From a virus: a DNA stretch of 64,000 bases. The notes under the pieces are model-generated. The model made no database searches. It was given only the letters and a program-made list of their open reading frames with translations, and had not been told where the DNA came from. The stretch spans positions 32,001 to 96,000 of IMG/VR virus record IMGVR_UViG_3300037225_001188; one strand, written 5' to 3'. Positions within the stretch are counted from its first letter, which is position 1; each line of letters opens with the position of its first letter. The translations under genes were made by a program, and so were the position numbers. Of the stretch, positions 10,312 to 21,386 are shown one piece after another.

Positions 10312-11712
10312 TCATCGCCACTCCTTCGGGAGCAGCGCTCGGAACTCGTCGAGCAGCCGCTCCTTGTCCGCGGACATCTTCGTGAGGTACTGATCGGTGG
10401 ACAGGCCCTTCGCCCGCGTCGTCATGAGGTAGCTCTGGACCTCGACCGTGCGCTCCGCCTCGGGCAGGTGGGCGTGGCTGCCGTACCTGATGGCGCGCCC
10501 CTCGACCTGCTCGACCTTGCTGCGGTTCCAGCACGGCTCGATGACCTGCACCACGCGCGTGCCGACGAGGTCGAGGCCCTCGCCGCCGGCGCTGCTCACC
10601 AGCAGCACGCGGACCTCGCCGCGGTTGTACTGCAGCACGCCGAGGTCGCGCTTCGCCCTGGGGTCCTCGCCAGTGAAGGTGGCGTAGCGGATGCCGAGCG
10701 CGTCCAGGCGGCGGCGGTACGGCTCGAGGCCGGCGGCGATGAAGTTGGAGTAGACGAGGACCTTGGCCCGCGGGCTGCTGCCGAGCGCATCCTGCAGCCT
10801 CCTGACCGCAGCGTCCACCTTCGGCGCCGCCCCCTCCCACTCGTCGCACACCTGGCGCGAGCGGCACAGGAAGGCGTTCACCTTGCCGGCGTCCCTGCGC
10901 CGCGGGGCGAGGCCGGCGGCGACCATGATGCTGACCCAGGCAGGCACCTCCCCGCGCAGCCGGAGGTGCTCCTCCTCCTGCTGGTCGGTCATCGGCACCA
11001 ACACCTCGGTCCGCCGGACGCGCGGGAAGCCGACCGTGCTGTTGGGGTGATAGTCGACGGTGCGTGAGAGGACGCCGCGCAGCTCCTCGGCGTAGTAGGC
11101 ATCGAGGTGCGGTTCGACGCCGTCGCGGGCGCCACGGAGGAGCCGCTCCCACCACCGGGCCGGGGCCGGGCGGTCCTTGACGAAGTAGCTCTCGAAGTCT
11201 TTGCCGACCTGGAGGGTGTCGTCGTCGATGGTGACGGCGTGGAGCAGCGTGGAGATGTCCTTCGGGTGGTCGTAGAACGGGGTCGCCGTCAAGATGAGCC
11301 GCTTCTGCGACATCTTCCTCACGTTGAAGACTCGCTGGGCGGTAGCAGAGAGGTCGTTGCGGCCGCGGTGCCCTTCGTCGATGATGACGAGCGGGGCGGC
11401 GATCGACGCGGCCAAGGTGTAGTCCTTGGCGCAGCTCTGGAGGCTGAGGATGCGGCGCTTGAGCGTGCTGCCGGGCGCCCAGCGGCGGACCTCCTTCTCG
11501 TAATTCTTGACGAGGCTGGCTGGGACTACGATGTCGGCTTCGCAGTTCAGCGCCTCCTGGACGGCGATGCTGGTCAGCGTCTTGCCGGAGCCGAGTCCGT
11601 GCGCGGCGATGAGCCCCTCTCGATCGGGCTCGAGCATCCGCATGACGACGCGCTGCTGGTGGGGGAGGAGCATCGGCCAGAGGCTGTTGGCTGCTGCGGT
11701 GGACGGCATCAC
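10312..11712 (-). CDS. SNF2/SF2-family helicase
   Basis: HGLGSGKT, IDEGH, LTATP, GGEGLDL, QVEGRAIRYGSH motifs. Confidence 0.92.
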   Translation of the reverse strand: MMPSTAAANSLWPMLLPHQQRVVMRMLEPDREGLIAAHGLGSGKTLTSIAVQEALNCEADIVVPASLVKNYEKEVRRWAPGSTLKRRILSLQSCAKDYTLAASIAAPLVIIDEGHRGRNDLSATAQRVFNVRKMSQKRLILTATPFYDHPKDISTLLHAVTIDDDTLQVGKDFESYFVKDRPAPARWWERLLRGARDGVEPHLDAYYAEELRGVLSRTVDYHPNSTVGFPRVRRTEVLVPMTDQQEEEHLRLRGEVPAWVSIMVAAGLAPRRRDAGKVNAFLCRSRQVCDEWEGAAPKVDAAVRRLQDALGSSPRAKVLVYSNFIAAGLEPYRRRLDALGIRYATFTGEDPRAKRDLGVLQYNRGEVRVLLVSSAGGEGLDLVGTRVVQVIEPCWNRSKVEQVEGRAIRYGSHAHLPEAERTVEVQSYLMTTRAKGLSTDQYLTKMSADKERLLDEFRALLPKEWR

Positions 11713-11984
11713 GCTCTACCTCCCGGCTCCCACGCTCGCACCGCGTCGACCACCTCGCAGCGTTCCTCGGGCGTGAGCTTGCCCCACATCTTGTTAGTCT
11801 TGATGTGCTTCAGCATCACGCTGAACCACCATTCGTCGCCGGCGATGTCGCTGTTCATCCTGAGGTTGACGTCGAGGAACCTGACCGCTTCGCGAAAAGC
11901 AGCATCGTCGCTGCCGCCGGCTCGCAGGAACTCGTGGCGCGCGTGCTGGTAGATCCCTTTTACCTTGCCGATCGAGATGATCAT

Positions 11985-12048
11985 CAGAACCTCGGCGCGG
12001 AAGCCCCGTCCTTCAGGGCGGGGAGGAAGCGCCGCTCCCCTGGTTGAC
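11985..12048 (+). mobile_element. Orphan IS200/IS605-type left end
   Basis: TCAT|cagaacctcggcgcgg aagccccgtccttcagggcgggg aggaagcgccgctcc..ggttgac, co-linear with 20148-20215. Confidence 0.75.
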
Positions 12049-13076
12049 GGCTGAGGTATCCATGGTTGCGGCGTTGCCCGGTGCTGCCTCGCCCGCTCGA
12101 CGATCGAGCGGGTCACCGCTTCCCTCCGCCGAAGTCGAGGTGCGGGATGATGATGCGGTGCTCGCCGGCGATGGCCCGCTTGACGTGCCGCACCAGCATG
12201 GTGCCGACCTGCTGGCGCAGCGCCGGCAGGTCGTGGATGAGCTGGTCGACCATCTTCATCGCCACCCCGGCGCTCGCCTCGTCGACCCCGAGGTCGTCGA
12301 CCATCTCGCGCGAGAATGCGAGGCCGAGCTTGAGGACGTTCTGCATGGGCGGCTTGCGGTGGACCAGGGCGTCGTCCCCGCTGCGCACCCCGAGGTCGAG
12401 CAGCATCTGCAAGTGGTAGATCGTAGGCTCAGCCATGGGTCGCCTCCTTCACGTACGTCGCCAGCGCGGCGAGCGTCGTGGCCCAGTCCTGGGCCTGGGG
12501 CCCGACCTCGATGGTGGTCTCCCCCTCCAGGTCCTCGCCGACGATGTCATCGCTCCCGCAGACGGGGCACTTGCCGTCGGCGTACATGACGCTGTTGGTG
12601 ACGGTCCACGTCAGGGACCCGGGGTGGTCGGCCACGCGGCCGCAGCCGTTGCAGGTGATGCGACAGGTGTGGACGACGACCGAGATCTTGCCGGTCACGG
12701 CTTGATCCCGCACGCCCGGTCCACCTGCGACCTCAGGCTCGGCTCCGGGTGCGTCAGGGCCCCGCACTCCGGGCACTCCCCGCTCGGCGTGGGCTCGCCC
12801 GGAGCCACGCGCTGCTCCAGGCACTTCACCTCCTCGAGCGGGATGATCATGTCGTCGCTGAAGACCAGGTCGCAGTTCTGGCAGCGGTGGTGCTCCATCA
12901 CTTGCCCTCCTTGTCGATCTCCGCGATGGCGAACTCGAGGGCCTCGCGGTACTGGTCAGCCATCGCCTTGACCGTGCTCTGCTCGAGCGACGCGAGCATC
13001 TCCCGCAGGCGTCGCTTCATCTCCTCGGCGTGCTCGCTCATCGTCGCCTCCTCACCTCGTTGTACGTGGGCGGTTT

Positions 13077-13904
13077 TCACCGCTTTGCCAGCCGGTTGAC
13101 GTCGAACCGCTCGTCGGGCACGAACTGGGACCAGAAGTACGTGGACTTCTTCAGGTCCTTGCACGTCACCGCCCGCAAGAGCGACCGCTTCTGGACCTCG
13201 TTGGTCATGGCCTCGGCGCGGCGGCGCATCTTGTCGAGGATGGTGGCGGCGACGTCGGCCTCGTCGATGCACTCCCAGCTCTCGGCCACCACGAAGCTCC
13301 GCCCCTGGCGCCGCATGCGCCTGACCACGGCGTGGCAGGCGTCGGCGACGTGGACGAGCCGGGCCGGGCGACGACCCTTGGCCTGCTCGTCGGCGCGGTG
13401 CTCGGGCTTGGCGGCTGAGGCCTCGGCCTGGCTCGCGCCACGGCGCACGACGGTTAGGTCGAAGAACGCCAGCTCCTCGACCAGGTCTTCTCCCGTGGTG
13501 TAGCTGGAGTTCTCGAGCTGGTTCGAGACCTCGCCGGCCGCGTCCTCCACCTGGATGGCAGCCTCGTTCGCCTCCTCTCGCATGGGCTCGAGCGTGGTCA
13601 CGAGCGTCGCGAGCTTCTCCGCGACCTTGCCAAGCTCGGCGTTCAGCTCCTTGGAGAGGGTCTTCCATTCGTCGAGGTCGTGGTAGTCCTCCTCGTCGAT
13701 GCCGTCGCCGATGGTCTCGCCGACGTCCTTCAGCTCGCCCACCACGTTGTCGACGATCTTCCCGATGGCTTCCTCGAGCTTGGTGCGCTTCTCGGCCAGG
13801 TCGTTGACGAGCTTCGAGACGCTGCCGTCGACCGGGTTGAGCATCCGCTCGACCACGCGGTCGAGGTCCAGCTTGACCAGGAACTGGGCAGACTTGATGG
13901 ACAT
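13077..13904 (-). CDS. Hypothetical acidic coiled-coil protein
   Basis: Long ORF with hairpin-RBS leader. Confidence 0.65.
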   Translation of the reverse strand: MSIKSAQFLVKLDLDRVVERMLNPVDGSVSKLVNDLAEKRTKLEEAIGKIVDNVVGELKDVGETIGDGIDEEDYHDLDEWKTLSKELNAELGKVAEKLATLVTTLEPMREEANEAAIQVEDAAGEVSNQLENSSYTTGEDLVEELAFFDLTVVRRGASQAEASAAKPEHRADEQAKGRRPARLVHVADACHAVVRRMRRQGRSFVVAESWECIDEADVAATILDKMRRRAEAMTNEVQKRSLLRAVTCKDLKKSTYFWSQFVPDERFDVNRLAKR

Positions 13905-14189
13905 TGACGCTCCTCTCCCGAGTGAAGCTCGGGGCTGGTGACGTGGGTCAGTCCTCCCACTTCATGCCGAGGATCTTCTTGATCGCTCGGGCCGGGCCGC
14001 CGATGCTGGCGAGCTGGTCCTTGCTCCCGCCCCGGCGTAGGTACTCGTCGTAGGCGGTGCGGGCGAAGAACGGGGTGGACGCCGCTGACGCCGCCTCTCG
14101 TCCATGCTCGCGCCGCAGGTCGCTCACCATCGCGATGATGATCGGGTCCTTCTCCAGGCGCTCGACCTCCTTGATGCGGTAGAGGTCCA

Positions 14190-14892
14190 TCACAGCGCGA
14201 CCCCGTTGCCGCCGCAGGTCTTGCAATCTGAGTTGACGTGGCCGCCTGGCTCGCCGTCTCCGTTGCAGTCCTTGCACCCGTGGGGTACCGTCCCAGATCT
14301 CCTGCGCCTGGTCCTCCACGTTGCTCACCGCGTCGTCCAGGTCCTTGGGCGCGCACGGCAGGTCGACCGGGCTGGCCTGGGCCTCCGCGTCGCTGCCCTC
14401 CACGATGCTGCCGCACAGGAAGGTCCAGACCTTGCGCTCGGCCTTGGGCATGTCGATGTCGCAGGTGACGCGCACCTGCGACTTGCCGATCAAGTAGTGC
14501 GGCTGGTGCTCGCGCTCGAAGACTTCGAGCAGTTCCTGGAAGGTCTCATCCATCTCGACGAGGTCGCCTTCCAGGTCGCGGACCCCGATGCACAGGTAAG
14601 CCTTGACCGCGCCCGGCAGCTGCTCGAGCGGGACCAGCTTGCCGTGGAGCGGACGGGCGCTCACGACCTTGACGCCAGGGCTGGCGTCCTCGAGCAGCAC
14701 GACCCACTTCACCGGGCGCTTCCCGACCTCGCGCTTGACCTGGATGACCTTGCCCCAGGCGCCGCAGCTCGTGTCCTTGTAGAGGCGGCGGGAGAGCCGC
14801 TCGTTGAGGGATTCGAGGTCGGTGTGCGGGTCGGACCCGAAGTACCTGGCGACGTCCTGCGGGGTGCGGATGGACTGAGCGATCTTGGTCAT
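14190..14892 (-). CDS. Hypothetical protein; C-terminal CxxCxGxG zinc-finger tail displaced by a frameshift
   Basis: One extra base near 14282-14285; the shifted frame reads THGCKDCNGDG...CKTCGGNGVAL*. Confidence 0.55.
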
Positions 14893-15384
14893 CGGCTACC
14901 TCCGCTTGGCTTCGCCAGCCCGAGTGGCTGGCCGGTGGCGCACCGCTGCGTTCCCGCACGCGGCCAGCTACGTCCGCATCGTGAAGCCGGTCTCCTTGTT
15001 CGCGAGGACGATGTGCTCAGGGTTCTTCATGGCTACTCCTTCCCGTAGAAGTCGAAGGTGATGCTGTAGTTGAACTCGCCGTCGTCGAACTCGAACGGCG
15101 CTTCGTCGAGGTCATCGATGACGTCCTCCATGTCGTAGAGGTGCTCGCCGCTCGGGCTGGTGATGAGGACCCCGCCGTAGTAGTTGCTCTCGCCGCTCGC
15201 GAGGAACAGCCAGATCGTGTTGCCGTTGGGCAGCTTGTCGCGCACCTGGCGGAGGTCGCGGCGGTACGGCTTCGGGTTGTTGGCGCGGACGTCGTACGCC
15301 CGGGGTGCCTCGATGTCGTCGAAGCCCAGCTTGATGAGCCGCTTCCAGCAGAGGGGGACGTTGAGCTTGGCGTAGAAGGTGGGC

Positions 15385-16011
15385 CTACTCATGGCAGCAC
15401 GCCTCGGCCGCCGGCGCCGTCAGCTTCTCCGGCATCTCGGGCTTCTTGCCGATGAAGTCGTGGTAGTTCTTGAGGTACTCGGCGTCGCCCTCGAAGCGGC
15501 ACTCGTCGCCTTGGACGTAGTGCGCCACCTCTGAGGTCATGTAGTCCATGTCGTTCCCGTAGTAGCCGAAGCCGCTGGCGTCCGGGATGTCGCGAACCTC
15601 CGTGTGCCCGCACGGGAGGGTGACCTCCTCCTGGACCCTGTAGCCGTAGCACTCGCCGTTGCACCAGCAAGTGAAGGTCTCGAGGAAGGTGTCGGCATCC
15701 TTCTCCCGATCGGCGTAGGTCTTGTTGCCTATCTCCTTCGGGTCGTACTCCCAGAGCAAGAGCCCGTCGGCGTGGTCGAAGTCCTGCTGGTCACCGGCCG
15801 TCGTCCACGAGCAGAGGCCGTGCTCGGAGTAGCGGAGCAGGAAGGCGAGCCCGACCTGCAGCTTGCGGCGCAGGCCGATGGTGGGCGGGAGGAGCTTCTC
15901 CTTGTCGACGCTGTGCTTGTGGTGACGCTTGAACGAGTAGACCTTCCACTGGCAGTCCATCTCGTCGGGGCGCGGGGCGAAGTCGTCGGTCATCAGGCGG
16001 ACGATCTTCAT
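15385..16011 (-). CDS. Hypothetical phage protein
   Basis: YSEHG and WCNGECYGY motifs; hairpin-RBS leader. Confidence 0.65.
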   Translation of the reverse strand: MKIVRLMTDDFAPRPDEMDCQWKVYSFKRHHKHSVDKEKLLPPTIGLRRKLQVGLAFLLRYSEHGLCSWTTAGDQQDFDHADGLLLWEYDPKEIGNKTYADREKDADTFLETFTCWCNGECYGYRVQEEVTLPCGHTEVRDIPDASGFGYYGNDMDYMTSEVAHYVQGDECRFEGDAEYLKNYHDFIGKKPEMPEKLTAPAAEACCHE

Positions 16012-16856
16012 GGGTGCTTGCTCCTTCTCCTGCCGGGAGGGCAGGCGGTAGTGGCTATGAGCTGCTCCTGGCGAACTGGTTGACGTTCTCCGCCTCGGTG
16101 TCGGCCTCGTACATCAGCGACTCCCAGTCGCGGATGTCGATGGGGCTCTGCCGGTTCACGTACTCGTACGATTCCTGGTAGCTCATCCCGCACCGGAAGC
16201 GCAGTACGTCGGCCACCTTCCCGGCGAGGGCGGAGTCGCGGTTGGCGACGGCCTGCTTGATGGCGTCGGTGAGCTTCACGTCTCCTCGATCTCGACGTCC
16301 GGGTTGACCGCGTCGAGCAGCGCCTGGGCGTCGGTCTTCCGGCAGCGCATCCGCCCGTCCTTGTCGCGGTACATCTCGACCGCACCCTCGGCGTAGCGGC
16401 TCACGTTGTTCGTCTCCCCGAGCCAGCCATCGAGCCGCTGCTCGTGGCTCTGGTTCGTGCGGCCTGGCTCGGCGGCGAGGCGGTACACCTCGCGCCCGTT
16501 GCGATCATTGTAGACCACGCGGATGAGGAAGTACTTGCCGGGGCGGATGTCGTCGTCAACGTCGTCTTGCACTTCGATACCGTGGATGCGCATGCTATTT
16601 CCTCCCTTGTGCGATGAGCTTCTGAAGCAAGTCGTAGACCTTGTCGATCACTTCGTTGATGCTATGCTCTTTGTAGTATTTGAACGCCTCCTCCTGGGCC
16701 TCGTCGCTGATGGTCATCTCGCTTGAGTCCAGGAGATGCAGAGCTTCAGCTAGGTCGAACACGAACCGCAGGTCGCTGTGCAGCTCCCGCCGCTGCCAGA
16801 GGACAGAAGCAGGGAGCTGCCGCGGGGCGCGCTTCTTCTTCGGCGACGGCCGCTCC

Positions 16857-17624
16857 TCAGCCTTGCGCTTCGCCATCGGCCTTCCACCCTGGCAGGTCGT
16901 GACCGAACTCGTCGAGCCCAAGCTTGGCCTCGATACCGTACGGCAGGTAAGGGTTGTAGACGCGCGGGTTCACTCCCCTCGCCCACGCCATCTTGATCTG
17001 CTCGCGCAGCGACGGCGACCGCCCGCGGTTGATGATCTCCTCGTCGAGCTTCTCCCGCACCTTGGCCTCGACGATGTAGTAGCCGAGGCGGTAGGTGCTG
17101 CCGAACGGCCCGCTGTACGCCCGCGGCTGGTTGTCCTCGGGCTTGAACTCCTCCCGGATGCGGACCTCGATGTTGCCGTACTGTCGCGCCATGTCGGCCG
17201 TCATCTCGGCCGCGTTCTTGGCGTAGGTCTCAGCCCCGAACCCTTGGGTGCTGTAGCTGCCGGGGTGGATGCGGTCCAGCTCGACCCACTGGTCGCCGGG
17301 CTCGGGCGTGCAGCGCAGGGCCGCAGCCTTCACGAGCTTGGCCGCGGCCTCGACCGCAGCCTGGCGCTCGGCGTAGAGGCGGTCGGCCTCGGGTTGGAGC
17401 TTGGTCTTGATGGCCTGCAGCTTCTCGCTAGGCAGTACCTTGCAGGCGGTGTCGAAGTCATTGACCACCCGCTGCCCCTTCTTCCTGGAGACCTTGGCCG
17501 CCGCGATGACCTCCTCGTGGAAGGCGACGGTCAGCGGGTGGTCGGGGGAGTAGAGCTTGCGTGCCTCAGCTTCGGCAGAGCGGAGCTGCTCGAGCGCCGC
17601 GGCGAACTCCTCACGTGGGGTCAT
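16857..17624 (-). CDS. Hypothetical protein
   Basis: Long ORF with hairpin-RBS leader. Confidence 0.65.
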   Translation of the reverse strand: MTPREEFAAALEQLRSAEAEARKLYSPDHPLTVAFHEEVIAAAKVSRKKGQRVVNDFDTACKVLPSEKLQAIKTKLQPEADRLYAERQAAVEAAAKLVKAAALRCTPEPGDQWVELDRIHPGSYSTQGFGAETYAKNAAEMTADMARQYGNIEVRIREEFKPEDNQPRAYSGPFGSTYRLGYYIVEAKVREKLDEEIINRGRSPSLREQIKMAWARGVNPRVYNPYLPYGIEAKLGLDEFGHDLPGWKADGEAQG

Positions 17625-17670
17625 TAGTTCTCCGTTCTCCTGGCTGGAAGAACCAGGGTTCGTTGGTATC

Positions 17671-18357
17671 CTACGGTCTGGCGCAGGTGGCGGTGGTGAT
17701 GAACCCGCCGACGTAGACCTGGCCGACGTAGAAGACGCTGCACCAGCAATCGGCGCCGGTCGCCGTGTCGCTGCTCAGGTAGAACGCGCTGATGTAGAAG
17801 CCCTCGCCGTCGTCAGACCTGAGCTGCGGCGAAGCAGTCCCGTGCAGCAGGACGTCGGCAGCGTCGCGGCAGCAGACGCAGTCGGTCATCGTGATGGCCG
17901 GGTCGTACGGGGTGGACAGGTGGGACGAGGTGTAGACCTTGGACTTGGATAGGAGGCCGGTCGCGCCCGTCGGACCGCGGCTGCCCTGAGGGCCAGCAAC
18001 TCCGACGCCCGTCGGCCCCGTCGGGCCAGCTATGCCGGCACCGGTCGGCCCCGTCGGGCCGCGGCTGCCCACGGCGCCGTCCGCGCCGCGCCCGCCCTGC
18101 GGACCCTGCGGCCCGGCAGGTCCAGCCTGCCCCTGCCCTTGAGGGCCGGCCGGGCCGACGGCACCGGCCGGGCCGCGCGCCCCGGTGTCGCCCTTGACGC
18201 CGACGCCCGTCGGCCCTGCGGGGCCAGCGGGACCCGTGGCGCCAGCCGGCCCGGCTGGGCCGATCACGTTTGCGCCCTCGGGGCCGACCGGGCCTGGCTG
18301 ACCGGTCGCCCCGTCGCAACCGACGAGCAGGACCAGCAGCAGCATCGCTCTCAGCAT
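17671..18357 (-). CDS. Collagen-like lipoprotein
   Basis: Lipobox LLVGC, long Gly-X-Y run, Cys-rich C-terminal domain. Confidence 0.85.
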   Translation of the reverse strand: MLRAMLLLVLLVGCDGATGQPGPVGPEGANVIGPAGPAGATGPAGPAGPTGVGVKGDTGARGPAGAVGPAGPQGQGQAGPAGPQGPQGGRGADGAVGSRGPTGPTGAGIAGPTGPTGVGVAGPQGSRGPTGATGLLSKSKVYTSSHLSTPYDPAITMTDCVCCRDAADVLLHGTASPQLRSDDGEGFYISAFYLSSDTATGADCWCSVFYVGQVYVGGFITTATCARP

Positions 18358-18502
18358 CGCGGTCCTCCTTGTCTCGTTGTACGTGGCTGGTTTTCTCGAC
18401 AGCCAATCCGTGATATGCTGGTCGCCGAGGCAGAAAATAAATCGGCCCGGCGAAGAGTCGCAAGCTCCGCGCCGGGCCTAACCAGCAAGGTCGGGAGGGA
18501 CC

Positions 18503-18871
18503 ATGCCAGCTTTGAAGAAGAGCGTACCAGAACCAGCCGGCAGAGCCAACGTCGAACCGCCGTGGCTCTTCTACTCGCTGCCGCTGGAGCGAGCCGGCCT
18601 GGACTCGATGTCCTTCCGCGTCTTGATCCACGTGTGGTCGCGCGCCAGGCACGAGAATGGCGTCGCCTACGAGGCCGTGCCGTCCATGGCGCGGGCCATG
18701 AAGATGAGCGAGCGCACGGTGCAACGAGCCCTGGAGTATCTCGTGTCGTGCTGCTTCCTGGAGATCGACGGCTCGCACAAGGGCGGTCGCGAGAACCCCA
18801 CCCGCTATGTCCCGCTGCCGCCAGATCGCTGGGTGGTTGGCGTGCCGCGAACGAGCGGGGAGCGAAAGTAA
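18503..18871 (+). CDS. Winged HTH protein of the replication-initiator N-terminal type
   Basis: AVPSMARAMKMSERTVQRALEYLVSCCFLEI...NPTRY. Confidence 0.75.
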   Translation: MPALKKSVPEPAGRANVEPPWLFYSLPLERAGLDSMSFRVLIHVWSRARHENGVAYEAVPSMARAMKMSERTVQRALEYLVSCCFLEIDGSHKGGRENPTRYVPLPPDRWVVGVPRTSGERK

Positions 18872-18878
18872 AGGGTGC

Positions 18879-18948
18879 ACGGGGGTCACCCTTTATCGGA
18901 ACGGGGGTCACCCTTTATCGGAACGGGGTCACCGCTAGGGGTGACCCC
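18879..18948 (+). repeat. Iteron-like 22-bp tandem repeats plus an inverted half copy
   Basis: ACGGGGGTCACCCTTTATCGGA x2, partial third copy, inverted GGTGACCCC. Confidence 0.8.
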
Positions 18949-19739
18949 CTGACACCCGAAGAGATACAGTAGAAGAGATCATGAAGACGATGTAAGAGTT
19001 CCGCGGCTGGCGCCGCGGCGTGTACCTCTCGGACCTTCGGAGTCCTGGAGGTTCTTCTCGAACCCGCCCAGCGAAGCCGAAGGCTTTGGTCACAGCCTCC
19101 AGTTCGCGTTGACGTTCTCGAGCGCGTTTTCCATCGTCGGCTCGTCCAGGTCGATGATGATGTGCCGCTTCGGGTTACGCTTCACGAAGCCCTCGATGCT
19201 CCGGACGTGGTGGTATCCGGGCTCGCTGCGCACGTCGTCGCAGTAGCGTTCGGTCAGCTCCTCACGCTTCTCCTCGTTCGGCTCCTTCGCCCACACGATG
19301 TAGGAGTAGGCCGGCTCGAGGTAGAAGGTCGGGGTGATCTCGCAGCAGAACGTCTCCTCTCGGTAGTCGTAGACGTAGACCTGCTCGATGCGGCGGATGT
19401 ACTGCTTGTCGCCGAGCTGGAAACTGTAGTCCTGGGTCTCGTCGAAGAGGACGGCGTGGAACTCGGGCACGATGTCTTGGCGCGGCTGGTTCATGGGCAT
19501 CTTGATCTCCAGTTTCTCCAGGCTTCACTTGCCGGGGTAGGTTGCGACTGCTCCGAACACGGCTAACCCCAATGCCGCCAGGTAGACGGCGATGGCGACC
19601 AGCTCCTTCCACGACGGGCGCGTCACTCGGTCACCCGCAGTCGCTCGTCCCAACAGCACTCGTCGCCGATCAGCTTTCCTTGGTGACGATGGGCGTTTGA
19701 CTTCAGGACGATGTGCCCGCAGAGACTGCACTCTATGGT

Positions 19740-20147
19740 CTACCCCTTCAGCTTGCGCAGGCGCACGTAGAGCGACGGCCCGCCGGTGTACCCGAACCAC
19801 ATCTGCCCATGCACGTCGCGCACCCGGACGTAGTACCAGTGGTTCGTGAGGCACCCGCGCTTCACCCAGGCGTTCTCCACCTCGTGGCGGTGGGTGACCT
19901 CACCGAGCTTGCCACCGCTCCAGGTGGTGACGAGCCACTGGCCCATCTCCGCTCCCTTGATGTACGCGAAGAAGCGCTTCTCCGTGAGCAGGTCGACTAC
20001 CTGCCGTTTGTCCCCGCACTCCCAGCAGATCTCCTCGACCGTGCCGTCGGGCATTGGGTGGTGCACCGTCCCCGTGGTGTGCTCGCCATGCTTGCTGGGC
20101 TTGTGCCCGCAGTCCAAGGTGCAGCGGTCTCTCTCTGCTACCGTCAT
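19740..20147 (-). CDS. Hypothetical protein starting at the IS left junction
   Basis: MTVAERDRCTLDCGH... Confidence 0.65.
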   Translation of the reverse strand: MTVAERDRCTLDCGHKPSKHGEHTTGTVHHPMPDGTVEEICWECGDKRQVVDLLTEKRFFAYIKGAEMGQWLVTTWSGGKLGEVTHRHEVENAWVKRGCLTNHWYYVRVRDVHGQMWFGYTGGPSLYVRLRKLKG

Positions 20148-20210
20148 TGGTTCTTCGGCGCGGAGACTGCCTGCTTTAGCTGGCAGAGGAAGCGCCGCTC
20201 CTGTTGTTGG

Positions 20211-20239
20211 TTGACTTGCTTTGGTTGGACGACTATACT
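20211..20239 (+). promoter_or_regulatory. Sigma70 promoter for leaderless tnpB
   Basis: TTGACT-N17-TATACT, 7 nt before the ATG. Confidence 0.75.
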
Positions 20240-20246
20240 CCAAGAC

Positions 20247-21386
20247 ATGAAGTTGGTCGCGGTCGCGAAGCTGCTCCCCACCGACGAACAGGCGACGGCT
20301 CTGCTTGCCACCATGGAGCGCGTCAACGAAGCCTGCGAGTGGCTCGGGGCGCGTGCCTTCGAGGGGCAGACCGCTAACAAGTTCGCCCTTCACCATCTCC
20401 ACTACGGTGACCTCCGGGAGCAGTTCGGGTTGTCGGCCCAGATGGCAGTCAGGGCCATTGGCAAGGTCTGCGACGCCTACAAGCGCGACCGGACGCGGCA
20501 GCCCCACTTCAAGCCCCACGGCGCCATCGCCTACGACCAGCGCATCATGAGCTTCAAGGCCATGGACCGGGTATCGCTCCTGACGCTTGCCGGACGCATC
20601 CTCGTTCCGTTCGTCGCCGGGGCCTACCACCGCGCCCGGCTCGAAGGCGTCCGTGGTCAGGCCGACCTCGTGCTCCGCAAGGGAAAGTGGTACCTCTACG
20701 TGACCGTCGAAGTTCCCGACGGCGCACCAGTTGACCCCGAGGGATGGCTGGGCGTGGACCTCGGCATCCGCAACCTTGCCACCGACTCCGATGGCGAGCG
20801 GCACAGCGGGGCCGGCGTGGAGGCGGTGCGTCAGCGCATGCAGCAGCTCCGCACCGCGCTTCAGTCCGTCGGCACGAAGAGCGCCAAGCGCCACCTCAAG
20901 CGACTCGCGGGGCACGAGGCCCGCTTCCGTTCCGACGTGAACCACATCATCTCGAAGCGCATCGTTGCCAAGGCCAAAGACACCGCGCGCTGGGTCGCAG
21001 TCGAGGATCTGACCCACATTCGCGAGCGGACCACGGTTCGACACGGCCAACGGGCGATGCACTCCGGGTGGGCTTTCTTCCAGCTCCGGTCGTTCTTGAC
21101 GTACAAGGGCAGGCTCGCTGGCGTGCCGGTTGTCGCCGTCGACCCGCGCAACACCTCGCGCACCTGCCCCCGTTGCGGTCACGTCGACAAGCGCAACCGA
21201 CGCACGCAGGCTGAGTTCCGCTGCGTCGCTTGCGCCTTTGAGGCGCACGCCGATGTAGTGGGAGCGACCAACATTGCAGCACGGGCCGCCTTCAACCGGC
21301 CCATCGTCTCGAGTATTGGGAGTGAAACGCACCTTGCGATACCTCTCCTAGCTCAGGGGCAAGCCGCCAGCTTCAGCGGGCGGTAG
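20247..21386 (+). CDS. tnpB: RNA-guided endonuclease TnpB
   Basis: RuvC D (GVDLG), E (VEDL) and D (HADVVGATNI) intact; CPRC/CVAC zinc finger. Confidence 0.95.
   Translation: MKLVAVAKLLPTDEQATALLATMERVNEACEWLGARAFEGQTANKFALHHLHYGDLREQFGLSAQMAVRAIGKVCDAYKRDRTRQPHFKPHGAIAYDQRIMSFKAMDRVSLLTLAGRILVPFVAGAYHRARLEGVRGQADLVLRKGKWYLYVTVEVPDGAPVDPEGWLGVDLGIRNLATDSDGERHSGAGVEAVRQRMQQLRTALQSVGTKSAKRHLKRLAGHEARFRSDVNHIISKRIVAKAKDTARWVAVEDLTHIRERTTVRHGQRAMHSGWAFFQLRSFLTYKGRLAGVPVVAVDPRNTSRTCPRCGHVDKRNRRTQAEFRCVACAFEAHADVVGATNIAARAAFNRPIVSSIGSETHLAIPLLAQGQAASFSGR

Noticed and set aside
14915-14970. Possible tenth tRNA-like element (CTGGCCG...CGGCCAG-CCA)
   Set aside because: Has a closing stem and CCA but no TTCRANY loop, so it was not counted.
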